Of a DNA stretch of 64,000 nt, positions 38,370 through 49,258 are shown one piece after another (position 1 is the first letter of the stretch; every line of letters starts with the position of its first letter). The position numbers and the translations under genes were made by a program. The DNA is from a bacterium (lineage in GTDB: Bacteria; Electryoneota; JAOADG01). Location: NCBI GenBank assembly GCA_963681965.1, contig OY820579.1, positions 1,799,379 through 1,863,378 of the forward strand. Direction: 5' to 3'. The notes beneath the pieces were generated by a model. It was not told the origin of the DNA. It searched no databases and saw only the letters and a list, made by a program, of their open reading frames with translations.

Positions 38370-39641
38370 ATGGATAAATTCTTTACCATAGAAAATATTC
38401 ACCAACGTATCATCGCGATCGTTTGGGTGGCGCTGGCATTTTTTCTGATGGCGCGTCTTGGTATGCTCTTTGCCTTTGAGAATACAAATGTTACGTGTAT
38501 CTGGCCCCCTTCAGGTATTGCACTCGCGGCATTTCTCCTCTTCGGACCGAAAATTTGGCCGGGGATTTTTATTGGCGAATTCATTGCCAATGCATCACTC
38601 TTCCATCAAAACGATGCCGGAGGGATTACTTCGGTTCTCCTAGTGTCGATCGCATTCGGGTGCGGTGACTCGTTATCGGCATTTATTAGTTATTATCTCA
38701 TTACGCGTTTTATTCCATCTAAGCAGTTGATGGAGCGGGTAAAAAATGTATTTGTGTTTGCCGGAATTGCAATGATTGGAAGTCTAGTAGGCTCGATCGT
38801 TGGTGCTTCTTCGTTGACGATATCTGGCATTTCTGATGTATCGAAATTTGGTTTCTTGATGGGGACATGGTGGATTGGCGATTCGACCGGAGTGATGGTA
38901 TTTACTCCGTTTATTTTGACGCTGGTCAAAACCGATTGGAAATTGAATTGGCATAAAATCAGCGAAGGAGTCATCGTTTTTGTATCGCAAATCGTGCTGG
39001 GTTTGTTCATATTCGGAATGTGGCAAACGGGATATTCGATCAATGGTTTAGCGGCACTCATTATTCTTCCGATGATCTGGTCAGTCTTCCGATTGGGATT
39101 GGTTGAAACCATTTTTTCGATCATTCTTACTGCTGGAGTTGCGGTCTGGGGCACTATACACGGAATTGGACCGTTTGTTGGAGCATCTCAGATTGAATCG
39201 CTTTCTCAATTAGTGATCTTTATTCTGGTAATAGTATTTACTATTTATATCCTGTCGATTACCGTGTTGGACCGTGCCCGAATAACTGAACAATTTAAAT
39301 CGGTCAACGATCACTTGGAACAAATTGTTGAGACACGAACATCGGCATTGGAACACACGAATTCCGAATTGACGAAAGAGGTGGAAGCGCGAAAGCAAGT
39401 GGAGCTGGATCTCGAGAAAACAATCGAAAACCTGCAATCCGCGCTAGGAAATATTCGAACGCTCTCGGGATTGATTCCAATTTGTGCAAGCTGCAAGAAA
39501 ATTCGAGACGACAAAGGGTATTGGAATAGTGTCGAGAAGTATGTTCATGAAAAAACTTCGGCAGAATTGACGCACAGTATCTGCCCGGAATGTATGGCAA
39601 GACTCTATCCCGAAGTCGGCAAAGGTAACACAAAAGCCTAA
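38370..39641 (+). CDS. MASE1-domain membrane sensor with coiled coil and C-terminal Cys4 module
   Basis: MASE1 signature IWPPSGIALAAFLLFG and ~8 TM helices; coiled coil; C-terminus ICASCKKIRDDKGYW...HSICPECM; no HisKA/HATPase/GGDEF/EAL motif. Confidence 0.6.
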   Translation: MDKFFTIENIHQRIIAIVWVALAFFLMARLGMLFAFENTNVTCIWPPSGIALAAFLLFGPKIWPGIFIGEFIANASLFHQNDAGGITSVLLVSIAFGCGDSLSAFISYYLITRFIPSKQLMERVKNVFVFAGIAMIGSLVGSIVGASSLTISGISDVSKFGFLMGTWWIGDSTGVMVFTPFILTLVKTDWKLNWHKISEGVIVFVSQIVLGLFIFGMWQTGYSINGLAALIILPMIWSVFRLGLVETIFSIILTAGVAVWGTIHGIGPFVGASQIESLSQLVIFILVIVFTIYILSITVLDRARITEQFKSVNDHLEQIVETRTSALEHTNSELTKEVEARKQVELDLEKTIENLQSALGNIRTLSGLIPICASCKKIRDDKGYWNSVEKYVHEKTSAELTHSICPECMARLYPEVGKGNTKA

Positions 39642-39672
39642 GCGTTCGTAAAATTTAAAAATTAATTGTGAA

Positions 39673-39706
39673 AAATCGGGGGCATCTCAATTGCTCCCGA
39701 TTTGTT
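39673..39706 (+). terminator. intrinsic terminator-like hairpin after the sensor gene
   Basis: aatcgggggc...gctcccgatt stem followed by TTTGTT. Confidence 0.45.
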
Positions 39707-39716
39707 AGAGAGGCGC

Positions 39717-41036
39717 TTGAAAATTCTGCTCGTTTTACCTGCGGGAGAAAATTTCCGGGTGACCACAAAGGATACCCGCGTTCCTCGTCGGAAAATGCTT
39801 CGTTTCAGTATTTTACCCCTAACTACTATTGCAGCATTGACACCATCTTGTCACGAAGTCGGGATTTGCGATGAAAATGTCGAACCGATTGATTTCGATG
39901 CTGATGTCGATTTAGTAGGAATCACTTTCATGACGGCGGTAGCCCCGCGAGCCTATCAGATTGCCGCCGAATTCCGGAAACGCGGGAAGATTGTAGTTGC
40001 TGGTGGCTATCATACTACTTTATGTCCGGACGATGTTGAACCGCATTTCGATTCTCTAGTAATCGGTGAAGCTGAGATACAGTGGCAACAACTGCTTCAA
40101 GACGTTGAAGCAAAAAGATTGCAAAAAAAGTATGTGGCTACACATCCATGCGATCCGGCATTAATTCCAACCCCCCGCCGCGATTTAACGACTCGTAACA
40201 AGCATCATTACGTTACGATCAATGCCGTTCACACAGGTCGAGGTTGTTTCAATGCCTGCAATTTCTGTTCGATTACGGCTTTCTTCAATCACAATCACCG
40301 AAATCGACCACTAGACCATGTTTTGAATGAATTAAAAGAGTTACCAAAATCGATCTTATTTATCGACGACAACATTATTGCCAATCGCGACTATGCTCGA
40401 AAAATGTTCGAGGAAATGATTCCGCTTCGCAAAAAATGGGTGAGTCAATGCACGATCGATATCGCCGACGATCCCGATTTACTCATTTTGGCAAAGAAAT
40501 CAGGCTGCATCGGTCTCTTCATCGGGATCGAATCGATCCAATCAGGAAATCTAGCAACTTTCAATAAGAAGTTTAATCAGTCTGAATCCTACCCAAAGCG
40601 TCTTAAAATAATTCGGAACGCTGGAATCGCGATATTAGGCTCGCTAATTGTCGGAGGCGACAGTGATGATCCGAGCATATTTGCCGATACCTTGAAGTTT
40701 CTCCAACAAAATCGGACGATTGCGCTGCAATTAAACATTTTAACACCACTTCCGGGTACTCCACTGTTTGAGAAGATGGAGCGAGAAGGACGGATCATCG
40801 ATCGTGATTGGACGAAATACGATTACCGCAATGTGATCTTTCAGCCTGCTAAAATGACACCATCCCAGCTTCAACAGGGAGCAGACTGGTTATACCGCCA
40901 ATATTACCGGTTGGATCGCATTTTTCTACATTCTTTATATACATTGTTTAAGTATGGTTTATTCAATGCGATACTAACTTGGCGCTTGAATTTTACTTAT
41001 CGCTACGACAATCAACAAGAGGATCGTAATCGGTAG
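39717..41036 (+). CDS. B12-binding domain radical SAM protein (class B)
   Basis: AGAGAGG RBS then TTG start giving MKILLVLPAG...; radical-SAM cluster motif CFNACNFCS; 440 aa. Confidence 0.75.
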   Translation: MKILLVLPAGENFRVTTKDTRVPRRKMLRFSILPLTTIAALTPSCHEVGICDENVEPIDFDADVDLVGITFMTAVAPRAYQIAAEFRKRGKIVVAGGYHTTLCPDDVEPHFDSLVIGEAEIQWQQLLQDVEAKRLQKKYVATHPCDPALIPTPRRDLTTRNKHHYVTINAVHTGRGCFNACNFCSITAFFNHNHRNRPLDHVLNELKELPKSILFIDDNIIANRDYARKMFEEMIPLRKKWVSQCTIDIADDPDLLILAKKSGCIGLFIGIESIQSGNLATFNKKFNQSESYPKRLKIIRNAGIAILGSLIVGGDSDDPSIFADTLKFLQQNRTIALQLNILTPLPGTPLFEKMEREGRIIDRDWTKYDYRNVIFQPAKMTPSQLQQGADWLYRQYYRLDRIFLHSLYTLFKYGLFNAILTWRLNFTYRYDNQQEDRNR

Positions 41037-41224
41037 AACAATTTTCTCCATGTAAATATTTAAAAATCTACACTTGGCTTCTCCTCCATAGAGGGAAATT
41101 CGCTTTATTTATCCCCATTTGTTATATTAACTAGGCTACATTGACCGGTTGTAACCCCTTTTTTCCGCAAATATCACCGGCTCTTCTTCTTGTACTCCAA
41201 TGGATTTCAAACGGGATTATTCCG

Positions 41225-41827
41225 ATGCCGCAACGAATCACATCGCCTGCACTCGAAGAAGCAGTGAAACGACTTGCTAAAATGCCGGGTATTGGAAAAA
41301 AAGCGGCAATGCGGATGGCGGTTTATCTGCTAGAAACTGCACCGGAAGAAGTCGATGCGTTGGCTGAGGCGATCCGGAACGTTAAACGCAGCATTGGCGT
41401 TTGCTCGATATGCGGTAATTGGACGGAAGTCGATCCGTGTGTAATCTGCGAATCGCCACTACGGGATCGCTCGACGATCTGCGTTGTAGAGACACCGGCA
41501 GATGTGTTGGCTGTAGAAAACAGCGGGTTTCGCGGGCTGTATCATGTATTGGGCGGTGCGTTATCGCCGCTGGATGAGATTGGTCCGGAACAGTTGCGGT
41601 TCCGCGAATTGGTAGCTCGGTTGCGTCAGGGTCAGGTCCAGGAAATAATCGCAGCGACCAACCCGACAGCAGAAGGCGATGCCACTGCAATGTATTTATC
41701 GCGATTGTTGGAACCGTTGCAAATTAAGGTTTCGCGAATCGGTTTTGGAATCCCAATCGGCGCTGATGTTCGATTGGCTGACGAAGAAACATTATCGCAC
41801 TCTATGAAGTCTAGACGCGCTTTATAA
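41225..41827 (+). CDS. recR: recombination protein RecR
   Basis: HhH LAKMPGIGKK; C4 zinc finger CSICGNWTEVDPCVIC; Toprim. Confidence 0.9.
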   Translation: MPQRITSPALEEAVKRLAKMPGIGKKAAMRMAVYLLETAPEEVDALAEAIRNVKRSIGVCSICGNWTEVDPCVICESPLRDRSTICVVETPADVLAVENSGFRGLYHVLGGALSPLDEIGPEQLRFRELVARLRQGQVQEIIAATNPTAEGDATAMYLSRLLEPLQIKVSRIGFGIPIGADVRLADEETLSHSMKSRRAL

Positions 41828-41839
41828 CGTAGATAACCA

Positions 41840-42340
41840 ATGGAGTCTTTAATGCACAAACAGCGTAGTTTATTCGTCGCGATCGCGATTGTGCTAATTG
41901 TATCGATTGCTTTAGCTGATCTACCGGAATGTACACGGATATTGTCGGAACCGGTAAAAGCAGCATTCCAAAATAAATTTCCGTTAGCGATGGTGACTAA
42001 ATGCGATACTAAAACCGATCAAAACAGTACGACGTATACGATCAGTTTTACGCAAGATACCACCAAATACGAAGCAACCTACGATGCCGGTGGCAAAGGC
42101 ATCAAGCTAATTAAGGAAATTCGAAATTCGAAGGAACTGGCAGCAAAAGCGCCGTTATTGCTCTTATTTGAAGTAGTAGCCAATTTGTATAATGATTTTC
42201 CGGATATTTATCTACATCAGTCGGAAAACTTGTCGAAGCTCAATACAAGCGAAATGACAATTAAAATTCCGGAGAATAATATTGATGCCGTGGTCAATTT
42301 CGATTCAACTACTGGCATTACTCATATTCACATGAAGTAA
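41840..42340 (+). CDS. small secreted hypothetical protein
   Basis: Signal peptide; no recognisable domain. Confidence 0.45.
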   Translation: MESLMHKQRSLFVAIAIVLIVSIALADLPECTRILSEPVKAAFQNKFPLAMVTKCDTKTDQNSTTYTISFTQDTTKYEATYDAGGKGIKLIKEIRNSKELAAKAPLLLLFEVVANLYNDFPDIYLHQSENLSKLNTSEMTIKIPENNIDAVVNFDSTTGITHIHMK

Positions 42341-42492
42341 ATTCGATTCGACAAATCAAGCGAATCGTATCAGATTTTATTACAACCAGACGATTTACGT
42401 CTACTCGAAGCGATGGAATGGTGTGCCGAGCAGTGCACCGTACAGGTGTTAGCCATCTTCCAGCGCATTTGCTAACTCAGGAGTAATTTCTT

Positions 42493-45400
42493 ATGGCGAA
42501 AAAATTCACAACCATCGATGGAAACGAAGCAGCAGCTTATGTTGCATTCCGAACCAACGAAATTTGCTCGATCTATCCGATTACCCCCTCCTCCAATATG
42601 GGCGAATGGGCGGATCAGTGGGCAGCTTACGGCAAGAAAAATATTTGGGGTACGGTTCCGACCGTTGCCGAGATGCAATCCGAAGGTGGTGCATCCGGCG
42701 CAATTCACGGCGCGCTCCAGACCGGTGCACTGGCAACCACTTTTACTGCCAGCCAGGGTCTCTTGCTGATGATACCGAATATGTTCAAGATCGCCGGCGA
42801 ATTGACGAGCACCGTTTTCCACGTCAGTGCCCGTGCCGTTGCGACTCAAGCCTTATCGATCTTCGGCGACCACAGCGATATTAACGCTTGCCGAACTACC
42901 GGTTGGGGTATGCTCGCTTCCGCTTCGGTGCAGGAAGTAATGGACTTCGCATTGATCTCGCAAGTTGCGACCCTCAAAGCACGAATTCCCTTCATTCATT
43001 TCTTCGATGGCTTCCGAACCAGTCACGAAGTAAATAAAATCGAAGTTATTCCCGACGAAGTAATGCTCTCGATGATGGATCCGGAATTGATTCGCGCGCA
43101 TCGCAATCGCGCTCTTTCTCCCGACCGTCCAGTGCTGCGTGGCTCGGCTCAGAATCCCGATGTGTACTTCCAAGGTCGCGAAACGGTCAATCCGTTTTAT
43201 ACCGCATGTCCAGGAATTGTACAAGAAGTAATGGATGACTTTGCCAAGAAGACCGGTCGCCAGTACAAATTGTATGAATATGTCGGAGATCCCGAAGCAG
43301 AAACTGTAATCATCTTAATGGCAAGCGGTTGCGAAACTGCACACGAAACTGTCGATTATCTGACGAAAAAAGGCGAAAAAGTTGGCGTTTTGAAAGTTCG
43401 ACTCTATCGCCCATTCTCGATGAAAGATTTCATTACGGCATTACCGAAGACCGTCAAGACGATCGGTGTTCTCGATCGGACGAAGGAACCCGGAAACGCC
43501 GGCGAACCGCTTTATCAGGATTCAATTACTGCCGTATTCGAAAACGCTCACAACGGTTGGCAGCACTTCAGCGCGATGCCGCGAGTGATTGGTGGTCGAT
43601 ACGGTCTTGCCAGCAAAGAATTCACACCGGCAATGATAAAAGCAGTTTTCGATAATTTGAAACTCCCGAATCCGAAGAATTCCTTCACAGTCGGTATTGT
43701 CGACGATGTTACGCATACTTCACTTGATTACGATCCCGAATTCTCCACCGAAGGCGAAAAAGTCATTCGCGGCGTATTCTTCGGTCTTGGTGCCGACGGC
43801 ACGGTCAGTGCGAACAAGAATTCGATCAAGATTATCGGTGAAGAAACCGACAACTCAGCACAAGGTTATTTTGTCTACGACTCGAAGAAATCCGGATCGA
43901 TCACGACCAGTCACCTTCGGTTTGGTCCCGACAAGATTCGCAGTACCTATCTGATCAGTAAAGCCGATTTCGTAGGATGCCACCAGACGGTGTTCCTCGA
44001 GACTTACGATATCATGAAGGTCTGCAAGCCAGGTGCCGTCTTCCTTCTCAATACACAAGTATCGAAAGAAGAAGTTTGGGACTCGCTACCACGTGCCGTG
44101 CAAGAAGGAATGATCAAGGCGCAGGTTAAATTCTATGTCATCGATGCCTATAAAGTCGCACGCGAAGCCGGTCTTGGTGGTCGTATCAATACGATTATGC
44201 AAACCTGTTTCTTTGCCATCTCCGGTATTCTTCCCCGTGAAGAAGCGATTCAGCGCATCAAGGATATGATCAAGAAGACTTGGGCTGCTCGTGGCGATAA
44301 GATTGTTCAAATGAATTTCACCGCTGTCGACAAGACCTTGGAAAATTTATTCGCCGTCGAATTACCGAAGACTGTTACTTCCAAGATCGCACAGCGCCCT
44401 GCAATTGCACCGGGTGCACCGAAGTATGTCGAAGAAGTGACTTCGTTAATGGTGCTGAATCGTGGCGACGAAGTAACTGTCGGGCAAATGCCAGTCGACG
44501 GTACTTTCATGACCGCGACTGCACAGTGGGAAAAACGCAATATTGCACTCGAAGTTCCAGTATGGGATGCCGAAATTTGTATTCAGTGCGGTAAGTGCGT
44601 ATTAGTTTGCCCGCATGCCACCATCCGCCAGAAAGTATTCGATCCGGCGTTACTAAAGAATGCACCGGAAACTTTCAAAGCTGTCGATTTCAAGGGTGCA
44701 GAATACAAGGGTATGAAGTATTCGCTCCAAGTCGCAGTCGAAGATTGTACTGGTTGCGAATTGTGTGTTTCCTATTGCCCGGTCAAGAGCAAATCCAATG
44801 CCTCGCTCAAGGCAATTAATATGGCTCCGCAACTTCCGTTGCGCGAACCGGAACGTGCCAACTGGAATTTCTTCCTCACGATACCCGAAGCCGACCGTCG
44901 TACTGCCAAGATCGATTCGATCAAAGGCAGCCAGTTCCTGCGTCCATTATTCGAGTTCAGTGGTGCTTGCGGTGGTTGTGGTGAAACTCCCTATTACAAA
45001 CTATTAACGCAACTCTTCGGTGATCGAGCCGTTATCGCTAATGCAACCGGTTGCTCTTCGATTTACGGTGGTAACTTACCGACCACACCGTTTGCGGTGG
45101 ACGAAAATGGTCGCGGTCCGGCATGGTCGAACAGCTTATTCGAAGACAATGCCGAATTCGGCTTCGGTTTCCGACTAACGTTCGACAAATTGCGCGATAT
45201 CGCAATGGAAAGTCTCCCGAAATTTGCGCCGCAATTGGGCGACGATTTCGTGAATGCGCTTTTGAATGCCGATCAGAAGACTGAAACCGGTATTTACGAT
45301 CAGCGTGCACGAGTTGCCGAACTTAAGAAGAAATTAGCTACTATTTCCGGTAACGACGCATTGAATTTGGCGACGATCGCCGATAACCTAGTCAAGCGTT

Positions 45401-46065
45401 CTGTCTGGATCGTCGGTGGTGACGGTTGGGCGTACGACATCGGGTACGGCGGATTGGATCACGTACTCGCCAGCGATCGCAACATCAATGTCCTGGTACT
45501 CGATACCGAAGTTTATTCCAATACCGGTGGTCAGTGCTCGAAAGCTACGCCATACGGCGCAGTTGCGAAATTCGCGGCTGGTGGCAAGCCGATCGGTAAG
45601 AAGGATCTCGGACTGATTTCTATGGCGTACGGTCATATCTACGTTGCGCAAGTTGCGATGGGTGCCAACGACTTACAATCGATTCGTGCCTTTATTGAAG
45701 CCGATGCATACGATGGTCCGTCGATCATCATAGCTTACTCGCATTGTATCGCGCACGGTATCGATATGGCAAAGGGAATGGAACATCAGGATAAAGCCGT
45801 CAATTCCGGCAGCTTCCCGATCTACCGTTACAACCCGATGCTGGCGATGGAAGGCAAGAATCCACTCAAGCTCGATTATAAGCAACCGAAGATTAAATCG
45901 GTCGACTACATGTACGGTCAGACCCGGTTCAATATGCTTACAAAGAGCCACCCGGAAGAAGCCAAACGTCTGTTGAAACTGGCACAGGAACATGCCGATG
46001 CCAAGTGGCATTATCTTGAGCAGATGGCAAATCTTGATTATTCAATAACGCCGGAATCGAACTAA
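42493..46065 (+). CDS. nifJ: pyruvate:ferredoxin (flavodoxin) oxidoreductase
   Basis: AGGAG RBS; MAKKFTTIDGNEAAAYVAF N-terminus; two 4Fe-4S ferredoxin motifs (CIQCGKCVLVCP, CTGCELCVSYCP); TPP motif GGDGWAYDIG; 1190 aa. Confidence 0.95.
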   Translation: MAKKFTTIDGNEAAAYVAFRTNEICSIYPITPSSNMGEWADQWAAYGKKNIWGTVPTVAEMQSEGGASGAIHGALQTGALATTFTASQGLLLMIPNMFKIAGELTSTVFHVSARAVATQALSIFGDHSDINACRTTGWGMLASASVQEVMDFALISQVATLKARIPFIHFFDGFRTSHEVNKIEVIPDEVMLSMMDPELIRAHRNRALSPDRPVLRGSAQNPDVYFQGRETVNPFYTACPGIVQEVMDDFAKKTGRQYKLYEYVGDPEAETVIILMASGCETAHETVDYLTKKGEKVGVLKVRLYRPFSMKDFITALPKTVKTIGVLDRTKEPGNAGEPLYQDSITAVFENAHNGWQHFSAMPRVIGGRYGLASKEFTPAMIKAVFDNLKLPNPKNSFTVGIVDDVTHTSLDYDPEFSTEGEKVIRGVFFGLGADGTVSANKNSIKIIGEETDNSAQGYFVYDSKKSGSITTSHLRFGPDKIRSTYLISKADFVGCHQTVFLETYDIMKVCKPGAVFLLNTQVSKEEVWDSLPRAVQEGMIKAQVKFYVIDAYKVAREAGLGGRINTIMQTCFFAISGILPREEAIQRIKDMIKKTWAARGDKIVQMNFTAVDKTLENLFAVELPKTVTSKIAQRPAIAPGAPKYVEEVTSLMVLNRGDEVTVGQMPVDGTFMTATAQWEKRNIALEVPVWDAEICIQCGKCVLVCPHATIRQKVFDPALLKNAPETFKAVDFKGAEYKGMKYSLQVAVEDCTGCELCVSYCPVKSKSNASLKAINMAPQLPLREPERANWNFFLTIPEADRRTAKIDSIKGSQFLRPLFEFSGACGGCGETPYYKLLTQLFGDRAVIANATGCSSIYGGNLPTTPFAVDENGRGPAWSNSLFEDNAEFGFGFRLTFDKLRDIAMESLPKFAPQLGDDFVNALLNADQKTETGIYDQRARVAELKKKLATISGNDALNLATIADNLVKRSVWIVGGDGWAYDIGYGGLDHVLASDRNINVLVLDTEVYSNTGGQCSKATPYGAVAKFAAGGKPIGKKDLGLISMAYGHIYVAQVAMGANDLQSIRAFIEADAYDGPSIIIAYSHCIAHGIDMAKGMEHQDKAVNSGSFPIYRYNPMLAMEGKNPLKLDYKQPKIKSVDYMYGQTRFNMLTKSHPEEAKRLLKLAQEHADAKWHYLEQMANLDYSITPESN

Positions 46066-46092
46066 CACCGGGACTAATACGAGGAATATCCG

Positions 46093-47088
46093 ATGAATCT
46101 CAGAACGACTTATCTTGGATTGAAGCTCGATCACCCGTTGATTGTCGGGGCTTGTCCGCTTACATCAAATGTCGACGATATTCGTCGACTCGAAGAAAAC
46201 GGCGCTGCGGCAGTTGTATTGCCCAGCATCTTTGAAGAACAATTAACTCAGGAAGCCGAAAGTCTGCAATTCCATACCAGTGCAGTGTCGGAATCGTCGG
46301 CGGAAGCAATGAGTTATTTTCCCGAACCCGAAAACTATATTGTCGGACCGGATGAATACCTCAAGTTAATTCGCGCTGCAAAGGCTGCTGTGAAGATTCC
46401 CGTCATCGCTTCACTGAATGGTTACACTGAATCGGGTTGGGTTTCTTATGCCAAGCAGATTGAAGAAGCCGGTGCCGATGCGATTGAGTTGAATATTTAC
46501 TACTTGGAGACCGATCCCAACGTCACTGGCGCCGAGATCGAGAAGCACTATATCGATGTGCTCAAGGCAGTCAAGAAAGCAACTAAATTGCCGATCGCAG
46601 TCAAGTTAATGCCATTCTTCAGCAGTCCGGCAGGCATTGCAAAAGCAATGGCTATGGCGGGAGCGGATGGATTGGTGTTGTTCAATCGGTTTTACCAGCC
46701 GGATTTCGATCTCGATAAACTGGAAGTCTTTCCACATCTTCAACTCTCGTCGAGTTCGGAGATTCGACTGGCGCTTCGCTGGATCGCAATTCTGTATGGC
46801 AAAATTGGTGCTAATTTGGCTGCTACCGGTGGCTGCCATACCGCGGTCGATGCAGTAAAGTTGATGATGGCAGGCGCCGATGTGGTACAGATCTCAAGTG
46901 CGTTGTTACTGCACGGTCCAAAACACATCAAGGCATTGTTGGAAGATATCGAGCAGTGGATGGTAGCCCATGAGTATGATTCGCTAGTTCAAATGAAAGG
47001 ATCGATGAGCCTGAAGAATGTCGCCGATCCCTCCGCATTCGAACGTGCGAATTATATGAAGACGCTGCAATCGTATAGCAAGCACTAA
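46093..47088 (+). CDS. dihydroorotate dehydrogenase-like / dihydropyrimidine dehydrogenase PreA-like FMN TIM-barrel protein
   Basis: DHOD-family TIM-barrel sequence; immediately downstream of PFOR. Confidence 0.6.
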   Translation: MNLRTTYLGLKLDHPLIVGACPLTSNVDDIRRLEENGAAAVVLPSIFEEQLTQEAESLQFHTSAVSESSAEAMSYFPEPENYIVGPDEYLKLIRAAKAAVKIPVIASLNGYTESGWVSYAKQIEEAGADAIELNIYYLETDPNVTGAEIEKHYIDVLKAVKKATKLPIAVKLMPFFSSPAGIAKAMAMAGADGLVLFNRFYQPDFDLDKLEVFPHLQLSSSSEIRLALRWIAILYGKIGANLAATGGCHTAVDAVKLMMAGADVVQISSALLLHGPKHIKALLEDIEQWMVAHEYDSLVQMKGSMSLKNVADPSAFERANYMKTLQSYSKH

Positions 47089-47114
47089 TCGCAGTTTACT
47101 TCGATTGAAACTCA

Positions 47115-47152
47115 CAGGCGGATGCATAAGCGTCCGCCTGTTTATTTTATTT
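47115..47152 (+). terminator. intrinsic terminator (aggcggatgc-ataa-gcgtccgcct + TTTATTTTATTT)
   Basis: Perfect 10-bp GC-rich stem followed by a T-rich tract. Confidence 0.8.
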
Positions 47153-47227
47153 GAATGTTGATAACATAAATTAAGAATCGCGAGCAATAGGTTTGTTCAC
47201 TTACAGACGGAGCTGTATCTTTTCTCC

Positions 47228-48415
47228 ATGAAAACGGAAATCGTCGTTGTCGGTGCCGGTCCTGCCGGAAGCATTTGTGCAGGTATTCTGAGCCAACTCG
47301 GTCACGAGGTGATCCTGCTTGATCGCGCAGAATTTCCCCGCGACAAAGGGTGTGGCGACGGTGTCAGTCCGATGGGCATCCAAATTATCGACGAACTTGG
47401 TTTGCTTCCCGAATTTGAGCAGTTGCAATTCACCCCGATCGGGTCTTGCCGACTGACTTACGATTTTTCCTTCTCGGTAGATTTCCGCGGTAAATTCAAT
47501 TATCTCGGATATATTGCGCCACGAAAACAATTTGATGAATTCCTCTTCAATTACGCCATTCGTTCCGGTGCGCGATATATCTGCGCCGACGTGAACAATC
47601 TAATTAAAACAGATGACCGTATTCACGGCGTGGAAATATATCACAATCAACAAGCGGAGACGATCGAAGCAAAATTTGTTGTGATCGCAAATGGCAGTAA
47701 CTCGACACTTGCACGCAGCTTGAATGAAAAACGCCCGCTTCCGATTGCGTATGCGCTGCGCGCTTATATTGAGAACTTGACTACCGATCCCCACTGCGTC
47801 GAGATGTTTTACGACAAGCGAATTCCCCGGGGGTATGCATGGTTATTTCCAGTGAATGATCATATCGCGAATATCGGAATAGGCGCTTTGATCGAGCACA
47901 ATCGCTCCACTTCGATTAACGTGAAAGCGATCTTCAACGATTTTGTGAAACTGTGTATCGCACGATCCCCGATACCGGAGGCAGTTACTGTCGGACCGGT
48001 GAAAGGGGGAATGCTCAATCTCGGTTTTCAGAAAGATTATAAACGCGTGTTTGATGGTGCATTGATCGCAGGCGATGCCGGAAGACTGGTCAGTCCGCTG
48101 TTCGGATCCGGAATAACTAGCGCGATGCTCTCGGGTCGCTATGCTGCCGAGACAATCCATGATGTCGTAAATCGGAGCGCCACTTCTTTCGACGACCTCT
48201 TTCAATACGAAGTTCGACTTCGGAAAGCACTCCAACGCGAACATCGCTTTGCCAAGATCATACGGGATATTCTCCTGTTCCGTCCGACACAGAAAATTAT
48301 CTTTAAATCGACATATCTTGCCAAATTCAGTATCGAATTGGCGAAACGGATTCATCCCGATATCGTCGATATTGAGATCGATCCGGTGAAACTACATGTA
48401 TCTCCAAAATCATGA
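47228..48415 (+). CDS. geranylgeranyl reductase-family FAD-dependent oxidoreductase
   Basis: VVGAGPAGS FAD-binding motif; 395 aa. Confidence 0.7.
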   Translation: MKTEIVVVGAGPAGSICAGILSQLGHEVILLDRAEFPRDKGCGDGVSPMGIQIIDELGLLPEFEQLQFTPIGSCRLTYDFSFSVDFRGKFNYLGYIAPRKQFDEFLFNYAIRSGARYICADVNNLIKTDDRIHGVEIYHNQQAETIEAKFVVIANGSNSTLARSLNEKRPLPIAYALRAYIENLTTDPHCVEMFYDKRIPRGYAWLFPVNDHIANIGIGALIEHNRSTSINVKAIFNDFVKLCIARSPIPEAVTVGPVKGGMLNLGFQKDYKRVFDGALIAGDAGRLVSPLFGSGITSAMLSGRYAAETIHDVVNRSATSFDDLFQYEVRLRKALQREHRFAKIIRDILLFRPTQKIIFKSTYLAKFSIELAKRIHPDIVDIEIDPVKLHVSPKS

Positions 48416-48488
48416 GTTGATTTGTTTCGACGATATTGCTACACTTCAAATTCAGATATTGCTTTCAATCTAACTTAGGTGAATTGAT

Positions 48489-49232
48489 ATGACGGAACCG
48501 CTCGTTTATTCTCGTTACCGTAATCAGCTTGAGAATCTGCTCGCGGCTGACTATCGATTTCGTTCCTTTCCCGATTTTCTTGCAAATGGCGAGCAATCGC
48601 AGCCGACAATATTGTTGCGTCACGACATCGATTTTGACATCGCTAAGGTTCGAAATCTAGCGGACATTGAAAGTGAAATGGGAATCGCATCGACTTTTTT
48701 CTTCATGATCCGAACACTGCATTATAATGTTTTCTCACCCGAGGGATCACACGATATCGAGCACATATTATCGCAAGGTCACAACCTCGCACTCCATTTT
48801 GATTGTGCGGCATATTCCGCCGAATTCGCTGCCAATGAGATTGGCAAAGCCGTCAACAATGAAGCAGATTTGCTCGCAAATTGGTTCGGCAAACCGGTCG
48901 ATATCGTCAGTTATCATCGACCGAGTCCGATTGTGATGACTGGCGATCCACAACTGTCTACACCACGACCGCATACTTACCAGAAAGTATTTACCGACTC
49001 AATCGTCTACCTGTCCGATTCGCGTGGACAATGGCGACACGGTTTTCCCGATACCACCGAATGGTTTACCGCTCGCAAATCGATGCAACTTCTGATGCAT
49101 CCAATTTGGTGGAGCGACGAACCAACATCTCCACAACAGTCTTTGGAGAAGTATCTCATGCAGACTTCAGAAATTTTGAGTGAATCGACTGCTCGCAATT
49201 GTACGATCTTCCAACAAAATCGCAGGGAATAA
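48489..49232 (+). CDS. hypothetical protein, possibly polysaccharide deacetylase-like
   Basis: ILLRHDIDFD weakly resembles a NodB-type motif; function uncertain. Confidence 0.35.
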   Translation: MTEPLVYSRYRNQLENLLAADYRFRSFPDFLANGEQSQPTILLRHDIDFDIAKVRNLADIESEMGIASTFFFMIRTLHYNVFSPEGSHDIEHILSQGHNLALHFDCAAYSAEFAANEIGKAVNNEADLLANWFGKPVDIVSYHRPSPIVMTGDPQLSTPRPHTYQKVFTDSIVYLSDSRGQWRHGFPDTTEWFTARKSMQLLMHPIWWSDEPTSPQQSLEKYLMQTSEILSESTARNCTIFQQNRRE

Positions 49233-49258
49233 GTCCCGTCAGTGATATAGTATCTCTT

